A DNA stretch of 64,000 nucleotides, taken from Candidatus Latescibacterota bacterium (GTDB taxonomy: Bacteria > Latescibacterota > UBA2968 > GCA-2709665). The DNA is taken from positions 5,312,001 to 5,376,000 of the forward strand of contig OZ241917.1 in assembly GCA_965203805.1 (NCBI GenBank). Direction: 5' to 3'. How positions within the stretch are numbered: position 1 is the first letter of the stretch; each line of letters begins with the position of its first letter. The notes below the pieces were generated by a model. It was given only the letters and a program-made list of their open reading frames with translations, was not told the origin of the DNA and searched no databases. The translations under genes were made by a program, and so were the position numbers. Of the stretch, positions 37,804 through 46,884 are shown one piece after another.

Positions 37804-38944
37804 ATTTCATGCGCGGCGAAAAGTGGGTCGCGGATGGAACATTTTCCTCATATTGTGCATCTTGTACATACCGGTTCCCGTCCGTGTGGCCGCCGAGACG
37901 TCCTGGCCGCGGTTCCGGGGCGACGCGCAATCCACGGGGCTCGCCCGGGAATCGCTGCCGGAGAGCCTCGTCGTCGCGTGGACGGCCCGCGTACCCGAGG
38001 GCATCGAGTCCACGGCGGCGATCCGGAAGGGTTCGGTTTTCGTCGGCGGGCTGGACGGCAATCTCTATGCGTTCGATTTCGACACCGGCGCGTTGAAATG
38101 GAAGTACCCGGCCGGGGGGGAAGTCAAGGCTTCCCCGCTGGTGGCGGCAAATGCGGTTTTCTTCGGAGACGGAGACGGCGGTTTTCACGCCGTGGATGCG
38201 TCATCGGGCAAGGGATTGTGGACCTATCGGACCGGGGGAGAGATCATCTCTTCCGCCACGGCGTACGAAGGCCGGGTGATCTTCGGGTCCTACGATCAGT
38301 TCCTGTACTGTCTCAATGCGGAGGACGGGTCGCTGGTCTGGAAGCTGGAGACCGAGGGATACGTTCACGGAACCCCGGCCATCTGGGGCGAACGCGCGCT
38401 TGTCGCCGGTTGCGACGGTTTGCTGCGGATGGTCAACGCGGCTGGCGGAGATGAAGTATCGAGGGTGGAACTGTTCGACTACGTGGCGGCAAGCGTTGCC
38501 GTGCGCAATGGTCGGGCCTATGCCGGTACTTTCGGCAACCAGGTCCTGGGTATGGATCTGCGGGCGGCGAAGGTCCTGTGGCGGTACGAACACCCAAGCC
38601 GGAAGTTTCCCTTTTACGCGTCACCGGCGGTTGCGCAAGGCCGCGTGATTGTCGCCGGGCGCGACAGGATGGTGCGCGCGCTTCGTCCGGACAACGGCGA
38701 CCTTTTGTGGATTCGCGCGTTCCGTTCCCGGGTCGACTCCTCACCGGTTGTCGCGGGTAGACGGGTGTTTGTGGGCACGACCGGCGGGAGGATCGTGGCG
38801 CTGGACCTGGACTCGGGCGAACCGGGGTGGGAATTCGTGACCGGTTCGGGCGTCCTGGCGTCGCCGAGCGTGGCCGGCGGGAGGCTTGTGATCGGCACCA
38901 CAGACGGAACGCTATACTGTTTTGGCGGCGAGGTAAGCGAATGA
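37787..38944 (+). CDS. PQQ-type (BamB-like) beta-propeller repeat protein, exported
   Basis: SWPRFRGD followed by repeated A.D..TG...W blades; overlaps both neighbours. Confidence 0.85.
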   Translation: MKRRIEFHARRKVGRGWNIFLILCILYIPVPVRVAAETSWPRFRGDAQSTGLARESLPESLVVAWTARVPEGIESTAAIRKGSVFVGGLDGNLYAFDFDTGALKWKYPAGGEVKASPLVAANAVFFGDGDGGFHAVDASSGKGLWTYRTGGEIISSATAYEGRVIFGSYDQFLYCLNAEDGSLVWKLETEGYVHGTPAIWGERALVAGCDGLLRMVNAAGGDEVSRVELFDYVAASVAVRNGRAYAGTFGNQVLGMDLRAAKVLWRYEHPSRKFPFYASPAVAQGRVIVAGRDRMVRALRPDNGDLLWIRAFRSRVDSSPVVAGRRVFVGTTGGRIVALDLDSGEPGWEFVTGSGVLASPSVAGGRLVIGTTDGTLYCFGGEVSE

Positions 38945-40287
38945 CCTCTCAGGTTCACATTCCGGAACCCGCGACCTCCAGGAAAGAATGGAAGGAAACC
39001 GCGGTCGGCAGCGTTTTCGTGTCCAACTATCCGCCGTATTCGTTCTGGCGGGACGAGCACAACGCGCAGGTCGAAGCGATGTTGCGGGATTCGGACCCTT
39101 CGGCCAGGGATGTGCCGCTCGGACTGTATCTGCATATCCCGTTTTGCAGGAAGCGATGCAAGTTCTGCTATTTTCGCGTGTATACGGACCGCAACAGTTC
39201 CGAAATTCAACTCTATCTGGATGCGCTGGCCCGAGAGGTGGAAAATTACGCCACGCTGCCGAGAATCGCCGGACGCAGCCTGCAATTCGTCTACTTCGGC
39301 GGGGGAACGCCCTCGTACATCAGCGTGAAGCACCTGAACGCGCTGGTGGACCGGCTGAAGGCCGTATTGCCGTGGGACGACGCCGAAGAGGTGGCGTTCG
39401 AGTGCGAGCCGGGCACGCTTTCGCAGCCGAAGGTAGAGGCCATTCGCGGGATCGGCGTGACTCGCCTGAGTCTGGGTCTGGAGAACCTGAACGACGGGAT
39501 ACTCAAGGAGAACGGCCGGGCGCACGTCGGCAAAGAGATCTACCGGTCCATGGACTGGGTGAAGGCGCAGGCGTTCGAACAGGTCAACGTGGACCTGATT
39601 TCGGGAATGGTGGGCGAGACCTGGCAGACCTGGAAGGAGACGGTGCAGGGTACGATCGACCTGGACCCCGACAGCGTGACGATCTATCAGATGGAGCTGC
39701 CGTTCAATACGACGTATTCCCGCTCGCTTTTGGAAGGAAACGGATTGACGGTTGCCGACTGGGACACGAAGCGCGCCTGGCATGCCCATGCGATCGACGC
39801 GTTCGGCGAGGCCGGATACGAGATCTCGAGTGCCTATACGATGGTCAAGAAAGGTCGACCGAAGCGGTTTGCCTATCGGGACGCGCTCTGGCGCAGCGCG
39901 GACCTGATCGGCGCGGGCGTCGCGTCGTTTTCGCACGTGGGCGGGATACACTTTCAGAATCACACGCAGTGGGACCCCTATGTCGACGCATGTATGCAGG
40001 GGCGCCTGCCGCTGAACCGGTCCTTTCTGCCCACCGACGAGGAGCGCCTGGTACGCGAGATGATCCTGCAACTCAAGCTCGGACGGATCGAGACCGGCTA
40101 TTTCAGGGAGAAATTCGGTGTGGAAATCCTGGAACGGTTTGGCGAGGCCTACCGGAAGCTGAGAGATTACGGTATGCTGGAATTCGATTCGCAGAGTATT
40201 ACTCTGAGCCGTGATGGACTATTGCGCGTCGATCAGTTGTTGCCTGAGTTCTATCACGAAAAGTATCGCAATTCGCGTTATACTTGA
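38941..40287 (+). CDS. HemN-like (class C methyltransferase-type) radical SAM enzyme
   Basis: YLHIPFCRKRCKFC CxxxCxxC, YFGGGTPS, RLSLG, NVDLI and a HemN C-terminal domain; ATGA overlap. Confidence 0.88.
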   Translation: MTSQVHIPEPATSRKEWKETAVGSVFVSNYPPYSFWRDEHNAQVEAMLRDSDPSARDVPLGLYLHIPFCRKRCKFCYFRVYTDRNSSEIQLYLDALAREVENYATLPRIAGRSLQFVYFGGGTPSYISVKHLNALVDRLKAVLPWDDAEEVAFECEPGTLSQPKVEAIRGIGVTRLSLGLENLNDGILKENGRAHVGKEIYRSMDWVKAQAFEQVNVDLISGMVGETWQTWKETVQGTIDLDPDSVTIYQMELPFNTTYSRSLLEGNGLTVADWDTKRAWHAHAIDAFGEAGYEISSAYTMVKKGRPKRFAYRDALWRSADLIGAGVASFSHVGGIHFQNHTQWDPYVDACMQGRLPLNRSFLPTDEERLVREMILQLKLGRIETGYFREKFGVEILERFGEAYRKLRDYGMLEFDSQSITLSRDGLLRVDQLLPEFYHEKYRNSRYT

Positions 40288-40396
40288 AGAGTACTGGGTA
40301 TCACCACTTCGCTTTCCATCCGCGTTCATCCTCGCTACACCACGATTTAGATACGTCCGTACTCCGGTTTCACCAGCTCAAGTCAGGAGACTCGCC

Positions 40397-40666
40397 ATGA
40401 CTGTGAACAAGCCAATCCGGGAAGATAGAATCGTTACTGATCCGCTGATATTGGCCGGGAAACCAACCATAAGAGGTACTCGGATTTCGGTGGAGTTGAT
40501 TATGGAATTGCTGGACGGGGGAAGGTGCGAAGCCGACATCATTCGTATGTATTCGCACATTACCCCGGAGGATATCCGAGCCTGTCGGGAGTATGCCGCT
40601 ACCGGCGCGAAGTTGTCCAACGTGACCTGGACGGATATTGACGCCATTATGGATGGCAAACGGTAG
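40397..40666 (+). CDS. DUF433 family antitoxin-like protein
   Basis: IVTDPLILAGKPTIRGTRISV...ITPEDIRACREYA; AGGAGA RBS; lower GC than the flanks. Confidence 0.88.
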   Translation: MTVNKPIREDRIVTDPLILAGKPTIRGTRISVELIMELLDGGRCEADIIRMYSHITPEDIRACREYAATGAKLSNVTWTDIDAIMDGKR

Positions 40667-40696
40667 ATGAGAATATTGGCTGACGAGAATATATCA
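40667..40696 (+). pseudogene. N-terminal stub of a DUF5615 PIN-like toxin
   Basis: MRILADENIS directly after the DUF433 stop; similarity ends at the RBS of the 40716 gene. Confidence 0.65.
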
Positions 40697-40715
40697 GAGG
40701 AGGCGGAGTCAATCT

Positions 40716-41924
40716 ATGAAATACATCCTTTCATTCGCCTTTGTGCTGTGCTTTTCTTCCGCATACGCGGATTGGCCCCAGTGGTTGGGTCCCGACCGAA
40801 CGGGTATTTCCACCGAGACCGGATTCCTGAAGACCTGGCCGAAGGGCGGTCCGGCGGTTGTGTGGAAGAAAAACCTCGGCGAGGGGTTTTCGGGTATTTC
40901 GGTGGCGAACGGCCGCGTCTTCACCATGTTCGCCGAGGGCGACGATGAGTTCGTCATTTGTCTGAAAGAGGAATCGGGCGACGAAATCTGGCGGTTCAGG
41001 ACCGGTGCGAAGTTCGAAGAATGGCAGGGCGGCAACGGACCCCGATCGCAGCCGACGGTCGACGGTGACCGGGTCTACGTCCTGGGCGCGGAGGGCTGGT
41101 TGTACGCGCTGGACGTGGTGAACGGCAAGATGATCTGGTCCGTGGACCTTGTCGACGGGCTGGGCGGGCGGTTTCCCCGGTTCGGCTTTTCGAATTCGGC
41201 TCTGGTGGAAGGCGACCTGTTATTCCTGGAGGCGGCCACCCGCAAGGGCACGTTTCTGGCCTTGCGCAGGACGGACGGCGAAGTCGCCTGGGCGTCCCAG
41301 AACGACGTGGCTTCCTATTCTTCTCCCATTGCGGTGGATCTCGCCGGCGCGCGTCAGGTCGTCTATTTTTCAGGTGACGCCGCGGTCGGCCTTTCGCCGG
41401 TGGACGGGTCCCTGTACTGGCGGTACCCGTGGAAGACGTCGTACGATTTGAACATCGCCACGCCCATTTTCGTGCCGCCGGATCAGATCTTCATTTCCTC
41501 GGGCTACGACCATGGCGCGGCCCTGCTGCGAATCGAGGCAGGCGCCGGCGGGATGGCCGTGACCAGGGTCTGGGAGAGCCGGCGGATGAAGAACCACTTC
41601 GGCACGTCCGTGCTGGTCGGGGATTATATCTACGGATTCGACAACGCCATCCTGAAGTGTATCGAAGCCCGGACGGGAAAGGAGCAGTGGAAACACCGCG
41701 GGTACGGCAAGGGGGCGTTGGTTTACGCGGACGGGCATCTCATCCTGTTGAGCGACAACGGAAGGCTGGCGCTGGCGCGGGCCACGCCCGAAGGATTCAA
41801 GGAAAGGGCCGGCGCGCAGGTGCTTTCCGGACGAAGCTGGACAGCGCCGACCCTGGCCAATGGACGCGTGTTCGTCAGGGACATGCGCAAGATCGTCTGC
41901 CTGGATCTCAGGCAGGGTGGATAG
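40716..41924 (+). CDS. PQQ-type beta-propeller repeat protein with signal peptide
   Basis: Signal peptide ending AYA, DWPQWLGPDRTG, repeated blades, C-terminal WTAPTLANGRVFVR. Confidence 0.88.
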   Translation: MKYILSFAFVLCFSSAYADWPQWLGPDRTGISTETGFLKTWPKGGPAVVWKKNLGEGFSGISVANGRVFTMFAEGDDEFVICLKEESGDEIWRFRTGAKFEEWQGGNGPRSQPTVDGDRVYVLGAEGWLYALDVVNGKMIWSVDLVDGLGGRFPRFGFSNSALVEGDLLFLEAATRKGTFLALRRTDGEVAWASQNDVASYSSPIAVDLAGARQVVYFSGDAAVGLSPVDGSLYWRYPWKTSYDLNIATPIFVPPDQIFISSGYDHGAALLRIEAGAGGMAVTRVWESRRMKNHFGTSVLVGDYIYGFDNAILKCIEARTGKEQWKHRGYGKGALVYADGHLILLSDNGRLALARATPEGFKERAGAQVLSGRSWTAPTLANGRVFVRDMRKIVCLDLRQGG

Positions 41925-41955
41925 TCCGTTGAAATCATACATAAACCGAGATTTA

Positions 41956-42123
41956 ACATGGATATACAGGATGGACAGGACAAAAATCCAGAGGCGGGCA
42001 ACCACAAGGGTGGCCTCTACGAATACAAGCTGAACGCGGTCGGACAGGATGAATCGGTTCGCTGCCGTTACTCGTTCTCTCGCGCTTTTTGGTCTTTATC
42101 CTGTTCATCCTGTCCATCCATGT
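41956..42123. repeat. MITE-like element with about 30-bp imperfect inverted arms enclosing a REP
   Basis: ACATGGATATACAGGATGGACAGGACAAAA ... CTTTATCCTGTTCATCCTGTCCATCCATGT; a related half copy is at about 29103-29130. Confidence 0.7.
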
Positions 42124-42167
42124 AAGTTTAATCTCTTGAATTCATCAGGTTTGGGAGAGGAGATCGC

Positions 42168-44285
42168 GTGTTGAATCAACTCCAAAGGGGTATGGTGGCT
42201 GTCATTCTTCTGGGTCTGCTGGCAAATGCCTCGTATGCCGCGGACGACAAGGCGGATGAGGATGCCGGGGACGATCTCCCGGTTTACGCCGGTGAAGAGA
42301 TCGTGGTGACCGAGAGCAAGGAAAAGGTGGCCACGATCGGTTCCGTGGCCAGCAAGATTCCGGTTCCTCTGAGCGAAACGCCCGCGAGCGTCAGCGTGGT
42401 CAATCGCGGCCTGATCGACCACCAGAGCGGCGTGGTCCTCGGCGACGCGCTTCGCAACGTGAGCGGCGTAAACGTACAGACGGTGTTCGGCGTGACGGAT
42501 TTCTTCGTGATTCGCGGATTCGACTCGCTGTCGAGCGGGCTGGTTCTGACGGACGGCGCGTCCGAGCCGGAGGCCACGTTCTACAACCTTTACAACCTGG
42601 ACCGGGTGGAGGTGCTGAAAGGGCCGGGCGCGTTTCTCTATGGCGCCAATCCGTTGTCCGGATCGGTCAATCTGAACCGGAAGCAACCCGTCTTCGAGCC
42701 CATGTTCCAGGCCAGGGGCGCTTACGGGCCATTCGGGAGTCTGCGCGGAACCGTCGATGGGAACTGGGCGGACCCTGCGCAGGGGGTGGCCGCGCGTTTC
42801 AACGGCCTCCGGCAGGTCTCGGACAACTACCGTGACGATAAGCACAGCGGGATCTGGGCGTTGAATCCAGCCGTCACCTTGCGAAATGAAAAGACGACGG
42901 CGACGGCGAATCTTGAATATGTGACGAGCGAATACAAGTCGGATTCGGGGCTGCCCGTGGCGGGAGGGCAGCTGGCCGACGTGCCACGCACGCGTTCATA
43001 CCAGTCTCCGTTCGACGTTTCAGACCAGGAGATCCTCAGGGTACGGATGGATCTGCAGACCCGGTTGTCGCCGCGGGTCACGTTGCGCAACAAGCTGTAT
43101 TACACCGATTTTTCCTGGATCTCCAACGGCACGCTGTTCAACGGTGTGTATCCCAACGCCGCGGGGAGCCTGGATCTGTTCAGGACGCTGCTGCTCCTCG
43201 ACGACAGGCAAAAGGTGCTGGGCAATCAGTTCGAGCTCGTGTTTTCCTTTTCCACCGGACGGGTCAGGCATACGCTCCTGGCGGGTCTGGAACTCATGCG
43301 GTGGACGGACCGGTTTACGCTCGACGTGGCGGTCCTGCCGAATATCGATCTGTTCGAACCGGTTGAGACGGCCGCGCTCCCTTATTTCAAGGTGCCGGAC
43401 CAGTCGCGGTCGGCTGATGCCACCAGCGGCGTCGTTGCGCCCTTTGTCGTCGACCGCATTGTGTTTTCGGATGTCTTCCAGGCGTTCGTGGGCGGTCGCT
43501 TCGATCGGATACGGTACGACGACCCCGTCACGTCGACGTCGAGGGCATTCGACGAACTGAGCCCGATGGCGGGTGTGGCGCTCAATCCCGCGGAGGACCT
43601 GACCCTCTATGCCAGCGCCGGCAAGGCCTTTGCGCCGCCGTCGAGCCTCATCGCGGGGCCGCGGGACGTCGAATCTGCAACGCAGTTCGAGGCCGGCGCG
43701 AAAAAGTACCTTGTCGACAACCGTCTGCACGCGTCTGTGGCCGTCTTCGATCTGCGGAAGTACGGCATCGGCATTCCCGATGAGACCGGCGTGACGAAAC
43801 AGGACGGCGACCAGCGGTCGCGGGGTCTGGAACTGGAGATGATGGCGCGTCCCGGCGGCGGTTGCCATGTCTTTCTGACGTACGCGTATTCCGACGCGGA
43901 ACTGACGCGCTTTACACAAATGTTGGCCGTACCCACGCCCACCGGAATGCAGTTCCGGCACCTGGACCGGTCCGGCAACAGACCGGCCTTCTCGCCGAGG
44001 CATATCTTGAATGTCTGGAGCGCGCTGGGCTTCGACAGCGGCGTCGAACTGGGCCTGGGCGCCAGGTACGTGGCCAGCCAGTTCATCGCCGAGGACAACC
44101 GGTTCAGTATCGGCAGCGTGCTGACGCTCGACGCGTCGGCATCGTACACGTACAAACAGGCGACGATCAGGCTCAATGCCAGGAACCTGACGGACCGCGA
44201 GTACGAGACACGCGGGTTCGGCGCGATGTCGGTGATCCCTGCGCCCCCGTTCGGTCTGTACAGCGCCATCCAGGTAGAGCTATGA
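42168..44285 (+). CDS. TonB-dependent receptor (siderophore-receptor-like)
   Basis: EEIVVT TonB box, ETPASVSVV plug, IRGF, DRVEVLKGP, NARNLTDREY; GAGGAG RBS. Confidence 0.92.
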   Translation: MLNQLQRGMVAVILLGLLANASYAADDKADEDAGDDLPVYAGEEIVVTESKEKVATIGSVASKIPVPLSETPASVSVVNRGLIDHQSGVVLGDALRNVSGVNVQTVFGVTDFFVIRGFDSLSSGLVLTDGASEPEATFYNLYNLDRVEVLKGPGAFLYGANPLSGSVNLNRKQPVFEPMFQARGAYGPFGSLRGTVDGNWADPAQGVAARFNGLRQVSDNYRDDKHSGIWALNPAVTLRNEKTTATANLEYVTSEYKSDSGLPVAGGQLADVPRTRSYQSPFDVSDQEILRVRMDLQTRLSPRVTLRNKLYYTDFSWISNGTLFNGVYPNAAGSLDLFRTLLLLDDRQKVLGNQFELVFSFSTGRVRHTLLAGLELMRWTDRFTLDVAVLPNIDLFEPVETAALPYFKVPDQSRSADATSGVVAPFVVDRIVFSDVFQAFVGGRFDRIRYDDPVTSTSRAFDELSPMAGVALNPAEDLTLYASAGKAFAPPSSLIAGPRDVESATQFEAGAKKYLVDNRLHASVAVFDLRKYGIGIPDETGVTKQDGDQRSRGLELEMMARPGGGCHVFLTYAYSDAELTRFTQMLAVPTPTGMQFRHLDRSGNRPAFSPRHILNVWSALGFDSGVELGLGARYVASQFIAEDNRFSIGSVLTLDASASYTYKQATIRLNARNLTDREYETRGFGAMSVIPAPPFGLYSAIQVEL

Positions 44286-45559
44286 GATCCGTCAACCCGG
44301 ATCCGGAAAGGCGCGAACGGGTTGAATCGCAGCTTGAACGCCTGCGTGACATGCTTGTCCCGGTCATGCGGGACAACCCGTTTTATCGGGAAAAGCTGGC
44401 GGGCGCGGGGCTGTCCGGTCCCGGCGACGTCCGGACCCTCGAGGATTACCGGCGGCTGCCATTTACAACCAAGGCTGAGCTTTCAGCCGACCAGGACGCG
44501 CACCCGCCGTACGGGTCCAATCTGACATTCAAACTGGCGGACTACGTCCGGGTCCATCAGACGTCGGGCACCACGGGCAGGCCCTTGCGCTGGCTGGACA
44601 CGCAGCGAAGCTGGGACTGGTTTGCCGGCTGCTGGCGCCGGGTTTTCGAGGGCGCCTCGGTGACGGCTGACGACCGTCTGTTTTTCGCGTTCTCGTTCGG
44701 CCCGTTCATCGGGTTCTGGACGGCCCACGAAGCCGCGCGGCTGATCGGTGCGATGGCCGTTACGGGCGGATCGATGTCCTCCGTCCAGCGCCTTCATGCC
44801 ATTGAAGAGCACCGTGCGACGGTGCTGATCTGCACGCCGACGTACGCGCTGCATCTGGCTGAGGTGGCCGAAGCAGAGGGGATCGATATCGCGGCCTCCA
44901 GTATCCGCGCCACGATCCACGCCGGCGAGCCCGGGGCCGGTCTGCCGGCGACGCGGCGGCGGATCGAGGAAGCCTGGGGCGCCAGATGCTATGATCACGC
45001 GGGCGCCACCGAGGTGGGAGCCTGGGGGTACGAGTGCCGCGCCCGGAACGGCCTGCACGTGAACGAAGCCGAGTTCATCTGCGAAGTGATCGATCCGGAT
45101 TCCGGCGAGCATGCCGATGAAGGGGAACTGGTCCTGACGAACCTGGGGCGCGAAGGGATGCCGGTGATCCGTTACCGCACCGGCGACCGCGTAACGCGCG
45201 CGAGCGGGGCATGCCCTTGCGGGTCCCGGTTCCTCCGGCTGGAAAACGGCGTGGTCGGTCGCATCGACGGCGGCATCATCATTCGCGGGGTCGTCATCTA
45301 TCCGAGCGCCGTTGAAAACGTGGTCAGGATCTTTCCCGAAGTGAGGGAGTTCGCGGTCGACGTTTACCGCCGCCGTTCCCTGGACGAAATGGAGATCCGT
45401 CTGGAAGTGAAGGGAGAATCGCCGGACGCCGTTGCCCGCGCCGTGGCGCGGGAGGCAAGACGGAAGCTGGGGTTCCGTGTCGGGGTACGTGCGGTCGAAA
45501 TGAACACGCTGCCCAGGTTCGAACTGAAGGCGAGACGGTTTACGGACCATCGCAACTGA
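44282..45559 (+). CDS. Phenylacetate-CoA ligase (PaaK)-like aryl-CoA ligase
   Basis: LPFTTK, TSGTTGRP, CTPTYALHL, AGEPG, GATE, IRYRTGD and KARR motifs; ATGA overlap with the receptor stop. Confidence 0.88.
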   Translation: MRSVNPDPERRERVESQLERLRDMLVPVMRDNPFYREKLAGAGLSGPGDVRTLEDYRRLPFTTKAELSADQDAHPPYGSNLTFKLADYVRVHQTSGTTGRPLRWLDTQRSWDWFAGCWRRVFEGASVTADDRLFFAFSFGPFIGFWTAHEAARLIGAMAVTGGSMSSVQRLHAIEEHRATVLICTPTYALHLAEVAEAEGIDIAASSIRATIHAGEPGAGLPATRRRIEEAWGARCYDHAGATEVGAWGYECRARNGLHVNEAEFICEVIDPDSGEHADEGELVLTNLGREGMPVIRYRTGDRVTRASGACPCGSRFLRLENGVVGRIDGGIIIRGVVIYPSAVENVVRIFPEVREFAVDVYRRRSLDEMEIRLEVKGESPDAVARAVAREARRKLGFRVGVRAVEMNTLPRFELKARRFTDHRN

Positions 45560-45568
45560 GAAGATGGA

Positions 45569-46828
45569 ATGCGTTCAGATCCCTACGATGTCATTGTGAT
45601 CGGCGGCGGCCCGGCGGGAAGTACGGTCGCGGCGCTGGTCGCCGGGTATGGTCATCGGGTCCTGCTGCTCGAACGCGAGCAATTTCCAAGGTTTCAGATC
45701 GGTGAGTCGCTGATGCCGGGAACCTACTGGTCGTTCAAACGCCTTGGCGTCCTCGAAAAGCTGAAGAAAAGCGCGTTCGTCAGGAAATACAGCGTGCAGT
45801 TCTTCGGCGCTTCCGGCCGCGCGTCCGCGCCGTTCTATTTCCATCGCCACGATCCGCACGAGAGTTCGGTCACGTGGCAGGTGCTGAGGAGTGAGTTCGA
45901 CCGGATGATGCTGGAGAACGCCCGAGAAAAAGGGGCGTGCGTAAGGCAGGGGGCCGCCGTTCAGGAAGTCCTCTTCGAAGGGGGCCGGGCCGTCGGCGTC
46001 AGGGCGAGATACGGCGACGGCAGCCTGAACGACCTCCGGGCATGCGTGGTGGTGGATGCAACGGGCCGCAGCGCCCTGATTTCACGCAGGCTCCGGATCA
46101 AGACGGAAGAGCCCACGTTGAGGAAGGCGTCTCTGTTTACGCATTTCGAGAGCGCGTCCAGGGACGAGGGGATCGACGAGGGCGCGACCCTGATCCTGCA
46201 CACCATGACGAAGGACGCGTGGTTCTGGTACATCCCGCTGGCCGGGGACGTTGTCAGCGTCGGGGTGGTTGGAGACCTGGACTATCTCCTGCGGCAGCGG
46301 GCGGGGACGCACCAGGAGATTTTCCAGGAGGAGCTGGAGAGATGCATGCCGATGCAGGAGCGGCTGAAAGGCGCCCGGCAGTTGTTTCCCATGAAGGTGA
46401 CCAGCGATTTCTCCTATCGGGCCCGTTCGGTCTCGGGAGACGGATGGGTGCTGGTTGGGGATGCCTACGGGTTCCTGGATCCGGTGTATTCGTCCGGCGT
46501 GTTCCTGGCGCTCAAATCGGGCGAGATGGCCGCGGACGCGATTCACGAGGCCATTGTAAACGACGACGTCTCAGCCGAACGGCTGGGCAGCTGGGGCGAC
46601 GCGTTCATTCCCGGTATGGAAGCCATCCGAAAGCTGGTATACGCATTCTACACGAAGGAATTCAGCTTCAGCCGATTCCTCGACGCCCATCCGGAGTGCC
46701 TGGACGGCATCGTGGATATCCTGAGCGGGAAGATCTACATAAACGACGTCACCCCCATCTTCGGACCGATGGGAGAGATGTTCGATCTGCCCGAAGACGT
46801 GGCCTGCTATTCCGGCGCGGCCGGTTAG
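45569..46828 (+). CDS. Flavin-dependent halogenase-like enzyme (CmlS/CndH type)
   Basis: GGGPAG, IGESL, Lys in FVRKYS, WFWYIP (WxWxIP) and GDAYGFLDPVYSSGV motifs. Confidence 0.75.
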   Translation: MRSDPYDVIVIGGGPAGSTVAALVAGYGHRVLLLEREQFPRFQIGESLMPGTYWSFKRLGVLEKLKKSAFVRKYSVQFFGASGRASAPFYFHRHDPHESSVTWQVLRSEFDRMMLENAREKGACVRQGAAVQEVLFEGGRAVGVRARYGDGSLNDLRACVVVDATGRSALISRRLRIKTEEPTLRKASLFTHFESASRDEGIDEGATLILHTMTKDAWFWYIPLAGDVVSVGVVGDLDYLLRQRAGTHQEIFQEELERCMPMQERLKGARQLFPMKVTSDFSYRARSVSGDGWVLVGDAYGFLDPVYSSGVFLALKSGEMAADAIHEAIVNDDVSAERLGSWGDAFIPGMEAIRKLVYAFYTKEFSFSRFLDAHPECLDGIVDILSGKIYINDVTPIFGPMGEMFDLPEDVACYSGAAG

Positions 46829-46884
46829 TCCGACGCAGGCGATGACGTCTCGAATTCCTCGAATGGAAAAAGGCGGGTCGGCCG

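Noticed and set aside
40667-40948. 93-aa ORF as a full DUF5615 toxin
   Set aside because: Only the first 10 residues are PIN-like; the rest is an alternate frame of the propeller gene
37787-41924. True PQQ dehydrogenases or BamB
   Set aside because: Too short, no dehydrogenase catalytic motifs, no clear lipobox, and no pqqA-E or bam/der context
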